A DNA stretch of 64,000 nucleotides from Patescibacteria group bacterium (GTDB taxonomy: Bacteria; Patescibacteriota; Microgenomatia; UBA1400; PJMF01). Every line of letters starts with the position of its first letter. The stretch's first letter is position 1. The notes below the pieces were generated by a model that worked only from the letters and a program-made list of their open reading frames with translations, did not search any database and was not told the DNA's origin. Shown piece after piece: positions 57,907 through 64,000 of the stretch. The stretch is taken from NCBI GenBank assembly GCA_016861205.1, contig BOKX01000001.1:8539-72538 (forward strand), written 5' to 3'. Position numbers and translations under genes: made by a program.

Positions 57907-58461
57907 ATGACGCGTAAAGATACGTTAGGACCTGGTGATTCTGATAACTTTGATGGCGACGACTTTGATGATGATGACTTTGAGTTTGAGGATGGGGATG
58001 AAGAAGCAGAAACGCCAGAGGAAATCCTAAACGAAGTTTGGCACCAACTTTTTGAAGAAAATGGGGTTGATGAGACCGCTGTTGACGTTTTTGTGGTAGT
58101 TGACCTTCTGAGTGCAGGTTTATCAGGCGCTGAAATTCTAGAACTGGTGAGTGATCGAGCCAACGATGCTGAGTGGGCAGAGCTTGAACCAGTTTTCAAA
58201 CGGGTCATAGCGCGTCGTGAAGCCTATGTTGATTACCAACCGGCCATGAAAGAGCGGATTGCTCTTGCTTTGACTACTGCCATGCAGCAGCTGATTGCCG
58301 ACGAGATCATCAAGGCAGAAAATCTGATCAAGAATGGTCACACTACTGACGAAGAACTTGCTGATGATATTGAGTACCATGTTTGGGAAGTTCTGATGAG
58401 CACGTTTGATGATGACTGGATTAGTCAGGAAGCCAAGCAGCAACTGAAGAAAAAACGTTAG
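57907..58461 (+). CDS. Hypothetical acidic protein (Asp/Glu-rich N-terminus)
   Basis: 184 aa with an N-terminal DNFDGDDFDDDDFEFEDGDEEAETPEE tract. Divergent from uvrA. Confidence 0.45.
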   Translation: MTRKDTLGPGDSDNFDGDDFDDDDFEFEDGDEEAETPEEILNEVWHQLFEENGVDETAVDVFVVVDLLSAGLSGAEILELVSDRANDAEWAELEPVFKRVIARREAYVDYQPAMKERIALALTTAMQQLIADEIIKAENLIKNGHTTDEELADDIEYHVWEVLMSTFDDDWISQEAKQQLKKKR

Positions 58462-58728
58462 AGCGAATGACCGACTGTGGATTTAATTGGGTGTATCAGG
58501 TGTCTGGTGGCGGGTGACTTTTTCGGCAATGGCCTCAAAATGCTTTTCAGCCAGATTTTTGCCAGTTAAATCATGGATTAAAAATTGGGTGACTTGTTGC
58601 CAGTGATCATAATTCTGAGAGGCCAACTCCCGTGCTGGATTTGGGGGTCATTAACGTCATGCCACCATTGATCGTGGAACGTGCTCCAGACAGGATGCTG
58701 TCGTTTTTCAGAAAAATGGCGTGGGACT

Positions 58729-61005
58729 TCAAACACCATCCAACTCCTGAACTTTGTCTCTGATTAGAGCGGCTAACTCAAAATCCATGTCGTTAGCAGC
58801 TTGTTTCATACGGCGACGCAGTTTGGGAATGAGCTGGGTAACTTCAGCTGGTGTCAAAGTATCAGGCGAGATTTCAGCCAAATCGATCTGCTCATGTTTA
58901 CTCAGATTCAAAACCAAAGCTGACCGTTCTTTTTGGGTCAGTTTGGCTAGCTTTGCAGCTTCATCCTCTGGTGGTTTCTCAATCATCCGTTCACGGATGG
59001 GTTTGCTAATGGTTTGTGGGGTGATGCCATGTTCTTGGTTGTACGCCACTTGAATACCACGCCGGCGATAGGTTTCGGCAATCGCCAGTTTCATTGAGCC
59101 AGTCAGTCGATCAGCGTACATGATGACCTGGCCCTCTACATGCCGAGCCGCCCGACCCATGGTTTGGATCATTGAAGTGGTTGAGCGCAGGAAGCCTTCT
59201 TTGTCAGCGTCCAAAATCGCTACCAACGTAACCTCGGGCAGGTCGAGACCTTCTCGGAGCAAGTTAATACCGACCACCACGTCGTACACGCCTCGCCGCA
59301 AGTCAGCCAAGATATCCGATCGCTCCAGTGTCTCGACATCAGAGTGTAAGTAGGCAACTTTGGGCAATTCAGCCTCAAGTAAATCACTTGTTGGGACTGC
59401 TGCGGTGTGGTACATAGGATCGATTTTATCGATGGGCATCGACTCGACAGGTAAATCACCAGTGAAAAGAGTTCGGTCAGGATCAGGATGACTGTCGAGT
59501 TCCTGTTGTTTGGTAACCGCCTGGGCAATCAGCTCTCTGACTTTGTCAGCATCGTTTAAGTACTCAGTTAAGGCTTCGGCCATTCGTTTGGTGAGGGTGG
59601 TGACTAAGACACGTTGACCACGTTGTTTGCGCTTTACGATCTCAACGATCAAGTCTTCGATTTGGCCGGTAATAGGCCGCAGCTCCACCGGTGGGTCGAT
59701 GAGGCCAGTGGGCCGAATCAATTGTTCGACCACTTCCCCGCCCGCCTGGCTGATCTCCCAGTCATTAGGAGTGGCTGAGACATAGACCACTTGGTTAGTT
59801 TTGGCTTGAAACTCGTGAAACTGCAAAGGTCGGTTATCAAGTGCACTCGGCAAACGGAAGCCATACTCGATCAACGTTTCCTTGCGAGCGCGGTCACCGT
59901 TGTGCATGCCGCGGACTTGCGGCACCGTGATGTGGCTTTCGTCAATGATGGTCAAGAAACTATCAGTGTCAAATAAACGAACATTTTCCCAGAAATAATC
60001 CAGCAATGTGAATGGTGGGTCACCAGGTTTGCGGCCGTCAAAGTGTCGTGAGTAGTTCTCAATACCATTCACAAATCCAAACTCTTGAATCATCTCGAGG
60101 TCGTAGTTAACCTTTTGCTCAAGTCGGTAGGCTTCCACTACCCGATTTTGAGCCTTAAGCTCAGCAACTCTGGTTTGCAAGTCATGGCGAATTTCGGCCA
60201 AACTTTCAGCTTGGGTTTTGGGGTTAACCACGTAGTGTTTGGCTGGGTACAGCACATAGCGCTTGGCGCGGCTGGGCTGGTTGGGGTCTGGAGTGGTGGC
60301 AGGCTCGGCAATCTTAGACCCAGTCACTGGGTCAATGCGATCAATGCTGATAATTTTGTTTTCCAATGTATCAAGCCGCAACGCTGTGTCTTCGTACGCT
60401 GGCCAAAGCTGAATGACATCGCCTCGTAAGCGATACGTGCCACGACGTAAGTCGTCGTCAGAGCGCTCGTACTGCAGATTACTTAAGTTCAAAAGCAGCG
60501 CTTCGCGGGAAATCAGCTCGCCTTCGATCAGCTCCATCAAGTAGCGACCGTACTCCACTGGTGAACCCAAGTTGTAAATACAAGAAACCGAAGCCACTAC
60601 AATCACATCAGGACGAGTCAACAAGTTGGTAGTGGTGGCGAGCCGAAGTTTATCGATCTCATCATTGATGGTGGCTTCTTTCTCGATATAAGTGTCACTG
60701 CTGGGAATGTAGGCCTCAGGTTGATAGTAGTCGTAGTAGGATACGAAGTAACTGACTGCACTGGTCGGGAAAAAATCGCGAAACTCTTGATACAGCTGGG
60801 CGGCCAAGGTTTTATTATGGGCAATCACTAGGGTGGGTTTCTGGGTTTGGGCGATGACGTTGGCCATGGTGAACGTCTTGCCACTACCGGTAACGCCGAG
60901 TAGCACTTGGCTGTGTTTTTGGGCGTTTACACCTTTGACTAACTGCTCAATGGCTTGAGGTTGGTCGCCGGTCGGCTGGAAGTTTGAGGCAAGTTGAAAT
61001 GGCAT
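58729..61005 (-). CDS. uvrB: Excinuclease ABC subunit B (with ~65 aa insertion in the C-terminal helicase domain)
   Basis: GDQPQAIEQL, Walker A GVTGSGKT, beta-hairpin YYDYYQPEAY, DESH box, VLVTTLTKRMAE, and the C-terminal UVR domain. 758 aa against ~670 aa typical. Extra segment RELIAQAVTKQQELDSHPDPDRTLFTGDLPVESMPIDKIDPMYHTAAVPTSDLLEAELPKV between EYLNDADKV and AYLHSD. Confidence 0.92.
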   Translation of the reverse strand: MPFQLASNFQPTGDQPQAIEQLVKGVNAQKHSQVLLGVTGSGKTFTMANVIAQTQKPTLVIAHNKTLAAQLYQEFRDFFPTSAVSYFVSYYDYYQPEAYIPSSDTYIEKEATINDEIDKLRLATTTNLLTRPDVIVVASVSCIYNLGSPVEYGRYLMELIEGELISREALLLNLSNLQYERSDDDLRRGTYRLRGDVIQLWPAYEDTALRLDTLENKIISIDRIDPVTGSKIAEPATTPDPNQPSRAKRYVLYPAKHYVVNPKTQAESLAEIRHDLQTRVAELKAQNRVVEAYRLEQKVNYDLEMIQEFGFVNGIENYSRHFDGRKPGDPPFTLLDYFWENVRLFDTDSFLTIIDESHITVPQVRGMHNGDRARKETLIEYGFRLPSALDNRPLQFHEFQAKTNQVVYVSATPNDWEISQAGGEVVEQLIRPTGLIDPPVELRPITGQIEDLIVEIVKRKQRGQRVLVTTLTKRMAEALTEYLNDADKVRELIAQAVTKQQELDSHPDPDRTLFTGDLPVESMPIDKIDPMYHTAAVPTSDLLEAELPKVAYLHSDVETLERSDILADLRRGVYDVVVGINLLREGLDLPEVTLVAILDADKEGFLRSTTSMIQTMGRAARHVEGQVIMYADRLTGSMKLAIAETYRRRGIQVAYNQEHGITPQTISKPIRERMIEKPPEDEAAKLAKLTQKERSALVLNLSKHEQIDLAEISPDTLTPAEVTQLIPKLRRRMKQAANDMDFELAALIRDKVQELDGV

Positions 61006-61103
61006 GCTGAGTAGCAGTCTATTGTATCAAGCTTTCGGCATTGATTCGCCCAGCAAATTACCCAAGTTGTATCTGGTGGTATACTATCGACCAAGGAGGC
61101 ACT

Positions 61104-61403
61104 ATGCCATCAGCTGAGTCTGCTACTGCACCACACATTCTCGAGAAAAATGAGATCTTTCACCGACTGTCTCCGGCTCAACAAGCCAGTTACATGGAGA
61201 TGTATAACTTTGTTTGGCTTCAATATGGCAGTCAAGGTGTGGCCTTGACCCATGAAAATGCTCAACCCCACCTCTGGGTGTTATGGGATAAAGTCACCAG
61301 CCGTCACAACCCAGGTCGGTTGAGTGAGGAATTGGTTCAGTCAGCCATTTTGTCGGCTCAACCACTACCAGTTGAACAGCCCGAACCGGCCGTTACTGCT
61401 TAA
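61104..61403 (+). CDS. Hypothetical small protein
   Basis: ~100 aa from the Met preceded by RBS AAGGAGG (61093-61099). No recognisable domain. Confidence 0.4.
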   Translation: MPSAESATAPHILEKNEIFHRLSPAQQASYMEMYNFVWLQYGSQGVALTHENAQPHLWVLWDKVTSRHNPGRLSEELVQSAILSAQPLPVEQPEPAVTA

Positions 61404-61426
61404 GCCAAGTGGTGTAGACTACCTTT

Positions 61427-62179
61427 ATGGAAATTCACGCCCTTCGTGCTCCATTAGTTCAGCCTGGTGATAACCTTGAAGCGGTTTTGCGACAGACAAT
61501 TACCCAGTTACCTGAACGAAGTGTGGTGGTAGTGGCTTCCAAAATTGTGGCTACCAGTGAGAATCGCTTTGTCCCGAAAACAACCGACGATAAAGCTGAG
61601 AAACATGCCTTGGTCCGTCAGGAAGCTGAGTGGTATCTTGACCCGCACTCTTCCAAGTACAACTTGATGCTAACAGTCAAAAATAACTGGATGTTTGTGA
61701 ATGCTGGGATTGATGAGTCTAACGCCCAAAATAACTACCTGCTTTGGCCGGCTGATCCGCAGCAATCAGCTAATCAGATCTGGGAGTTCTTGCGCCGAGA
61801 GTATGGTGTCAAAGAAGTCGGGGTGACGATTTCGGATAGTACGAGCATTCCCCTTAACTGGGGGGTGACCGGTCACGCCATCGCTCACTCGGGCTTTAAA
61901 CAACTCCGCAGTTACATAGGTCAACCAGACTTATTTGGTCGGACTATGAAAATGGAACAAACCAATCTGGCCCAATCCATTACCGCCGTGGCCTCGGTAG
62001 AAATGGGTGAAGGTAACGAACAAACTCCAGTCGCCATCGTCAGTGACATTACCAATATTGAGTTTCAAGATCGAGTGCCCACGGCTGCCGAACTGGCCGA
62101 ACTGCATGTTGAGCTGGCTGATGATGTTTTCGCGCCACTATTGACCAGTGTAGAGTGGCAAAAAGGTGGCGCGAAGTAA
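61427..62179 (+). CDS. CofE-like gamma-glutamyl ligase family protein (F420-0:L-glutamate ligase fold, PF01996-like)
   Basis: Blocks VVVASKIVATSENRFV, YLLWPADP, VGVTISDSTSIPLNWGVTGHAIAHSGF, DLFGRTMKMEQTNLAQSITAVASVEMGEGNEQTPVAIV resemble CofE/FbiB-N. Confidence 0.5.
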   Translation: MEIHALRAPLVQPGDNLEAVLRQTITQLPERSVVVVASKIVATSENRFVPKTTDDKAEKHALVRQEAEWYLDPHSSKYNLMLTVKNNWMFVNAGIDESNAQNNYLLWPADPQQSANQIWEFLRREYGVKEVGVTISDSTSIPLNWGVTGHAIAHSGFKQLRSYIGQPDLFGRTMKMEQTNLAQSITAVASVEMGEGNEQTPVAIVSDITNIEFQDRVPTAAELAELHVELADDVFAPLLTSVEWQKGGAK

Positions 62180-62199
62180 CTTGGCGCCGCTCCTAAGCC

Positions 62200-62589
62200 C
62201 TACTTTTTTCCGACCACTTGCCAACAGTTTTTCTCAGGATCTAAGAAAGTGCAGAACCAAACCTGATTTTCAGGTGTCGAAAATGGGGCTAAAAATGGCT
62301 CAGCCACGATGGTCACGCCGGCTTTTTTCAATTTTTCAAACCAAAACTGCACCCCTTCTTCGGGATAAAGGTTAAAGAGGTGGCGAAAAGGTTCTGCGGC
62401 TCCGCCTTTGATCTCAGAGTGCTTGCCCAGCCACAGCCATAAATCACCAGACACTTTTAGCATGTAGCCATAATCACCTGGAATATCCAGCTTTTCGAGG
62501 AGTTCAAAGCCCATGACGTCCTGGTAAAAAGGCACCAGTTTGTCAGGGTTTTCGGAGAAAATTAAAATCCGATATTTGGTGAAAGCCAT
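62200..62589 (-). CDS. VOC-family (glyoxalase/bleomycin-resistance fold) protein
   Basis: 129 aa with paired beta-alpha-beta-beta-beta modules typical of VOC proteins (FYQDVMGFEL..; ..GVQFWFE..). Confidence 0.5.
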   Translation of the reverse strand: MAFTKYRILIFSENPDKLVPFYQDVMGFELLEKLDIPGDYGYMLKVSGDLWLWLGKHSEIKGGAAEPFRHLFNLYPEEGVQFWFEKLKKAGVTIVAEPFLAPFSTPENQVWFCTFLDPEKNCWQVVGKK

Positions 62590-62644
62590 AGCCCCTTTCG
62601 TGTCTCAGGTTTTGGAGTATCTGGTGATATTCTACAATATACCT

Positions 62645-63403
62645 ATGACCTATCTTTTTCTGTTCGCCCATCCAGACGATGAAACCGTGGCTTGCGCCGG
62701 GACTATTAAGCGATTGACCGAGGCTGGCCACCGGGTAGTTGTGGTGTCTGTGACCGATGGATCAGCTGGCCAAGTGTCCGCCCGAGCTCAGGCAGATTTG
62801 GCCGCGGCTGGGAGCGTGGGCGCTTTGCGACGAGCAGAGCTGGCAGCAGCTTGTCAGCAGCTCGGGGTACATGAGTGGAGAATCCTAGAGTATGAAGATG
62901 GTCACATCACGAATGAAGCGGTTTGGAGTGAGTTAACACAAAGTTGTATTGAAGTGATTGATGCCTACCGACCTGATGTGGTAGTGACGTTTGATCACAC
63001 CGGCTGGTACTTCCATCTCGATCATGTGGCAGTCTCGATCGCCACCACGTTGGCAGTTCAGCAGGCTGCCCACCAGCCCGATCTTTTCTTCCATGTTCAT
63101 GTGATGGTCAACTCGGCCAGGTGGCGGTACGTGTTTGCAGATACGGCTCCGATTACCCATGTGGTGGACGTGTCACATTTGAAAGACTTCAAACTCGATG
63201 TAATTAACGCCCATGCTTCACAAGATATCACCACGATTATTAACTATGTCCAGCAAGGTTTCCGACATTATGAAACCTACCAGTTGGTGCGAGCTACCCC
63301 ACAGGGCGAAGCATTGCTGATGGACGCTAACATTTTTGTGCCGGTATCGCCAGAGCACGAAGCAGATATCAAGCGGCGGACGGTCGAGTCAGCGTCAAGT
63401 TAA
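62645..63403 (+). CDS. PIG-L/LmbE family N-acetylglucosaminyl deacetylase
   Basis: The signature LFLFAHPDDETVACAGT and the downstream His/Asp blocks of the LmbE-like fold. Start at MTYLFLF. Confidence 0.7.
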   Translation: MTYLFLFAHPDDETVACAGTIKRLTEAGHRVVVVSVTDGSAGQVSARAQADLAAAGSVGALRRAELAAACQQLGVHEWRILEYEDGHITNEAVWSELTQSCIEVIDAYRPDVVVTFDHTGWYFHLDHVAVSIATTLAVQQAAHQPDLFFHVHVMVNSARWRYVFADTAPITHVVDVSHLKDFKLDVINAHASQDITTIINYVQQGFRHYETYQLVRATPQGEALLMDANIFVPVSPEHEADIKRRTVESASS

Positions 63404-64000
63404 AGACTGGCTCGGGTTTTGCTCCCAGCTCAAGTTTGTAAGCCTCATCACCGCGCATGAAGTCGTAGCGGGTTTTACCTTCTGTGATCGCGGTTTCCAG
63501 AGTGTGTGCTAGCAAAACACTTCCCACTCTTAAGTAGCCATAACGTCCGGCATCAAAACCAGAGTTGTACAGCAAGTATTGGCTGTGCCAGTCAAAAATC
63601 AATAACGCTGCTGCTCGGTCACCATTTACTTTTAAGAAAAAAAGCTTGACTAAGTTAGCTTCGGCCAAGGCCGGAATAGCCGTCCCAAAAAAGGCTTCGC
63701 GGCCGCCCACCCAGAAGCCGGCTTTTTCAGGACTGGAAGCCCGATGTAACCGAATAAAATCTGGCATGGCTGTGGCTACCGCGTCAGAAGTGGTCAGAAC
63801 CTCGTAACTAATTTCATCATCAATGCCGCTGTTTTTTTGAGCTTGGCGATATGACTTGGCAACTTTTGGTTCAATAGATTGCCAATAGGTTGCTACGTCT
63901 GTTGGTAAGGTGATGACGGGGCAGGTTAGTTGTTTTTCAGCGCTGATTAACCACTCCCGATCCAGACTGAGTTGGGTGAGCCAAGATCTAGTCGGGCTGT
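63369..64000 (-). CDS. FemAB/CelD-like GNAT-fold protein (Acetyltransf_6 family), N-terminus beyond window end
   Basis: The C-terminal hallmark KTRYDFMRGDEAYKLELGAKP (FDFGRGDE.YK..FGA) is present. The reading frame continues to the window end. Confidence 0.55.
   Translation of the reverse strand, partial: SPTRSWLTQLSLDREWLISAEKQLTCPVITLPTDVATYWQSIEPKVAKSYRQAQKNSGIDDEISYEVLTTSDAVATAMPDFIRLHRASSPEKAGFWVGGREAFFGTAIPALAEANLVKLFFLKVNGDRAAALLIFDWHSQYLLYNSGFDAGRYGYLRVGSVLLAHTLETAITEGKTRYDFMRGDEAYKLELGAKPEPVFNLTLTRPSAA

Noticed and set aside
59340-59535. The ~65-aa insertion in UvrB as a mini-intein
   Set aside because: It is too short for even a mini-intein (~130 aa or more). It lacks an N-terminal Cys/Ser and the C-terminal HN-Cys/Ser/Thr junction motifs, and it looks like a surface loop insertion.

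Overview
This 64 kb window reads as a gene-dense chromosomal segment from a small-genome, probably monoderm bacterium, plausibly Patescibacteria/CPR-like. Supporting signs are ~50% GC, the standard genetic code, a sortase with an LPXTG-like substrate, a FemAB homolog, and a trigger factor that lacks the PPIase domain. Most of the window is core housekeeping. It contains the infC-rpmI-rplT-pheS-pheT operon, tRNA-Val(GAC), tRNA-Cys(GCA) and tRNA-Ile(GAT), RNase P RNA, miaB-miaA, uppP, gap, tpiA, pyrH, pcrA, lon, clpB, mnmA, and uvrA/uvrB/uvrC. It also contains a single 16S rRNA gene on the minus strand that has its own terminator and no 23S rRNA downstream, so the rRNA operon is unlinked. The most unusual region lies at about 45.0-51.5 kb on the minus strand. 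Six genes there overlap by 1-8 nt (the 48790 junction by a single base). They encode a RimK-type (TIGR02291-like) ATP-grasp ligase fused to a retropepsin-like (DUF785-type) peptidase domain, a DUF1704 'QEGLA-motif' putative metallocarboxypeptidase (the family of eukaryotic MATCAP), two paralogous stand-alone ATP-grasp enzymes that closely resemble the N-terminal module of cyanophycin synthetase, and a possible FemAB/CelD-like GNAT-fold protein. Immediately upstream are a signal-peptide multi-TM protein and a holin-family small membrane protein, and a secreted transglutaminase-like protein lies two genes further up. I interpret this as a candidate system that ligates and trims amino acids on a peptide or protein C-terminus (poly-amino-acid or TTL/MATCAP-like tagging). 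Other oddities are a PheS with an N-terminal AlaX-like editing domain whose CxxxH zinc motif has degenerated to DGGTQ, a MiaB lacking the TRAM domain, a UvrC lacking the HhH domain that overlaps its upstream gene by ~125 bp, a UvrB with a ~65 aa insertion, a CIRCE-like inverted repeat and perfect palindromes upstream of clpB, and a perfect 16 bp inverted repeat in the lon leader. I found no CRISPR array, transposase or integrase.
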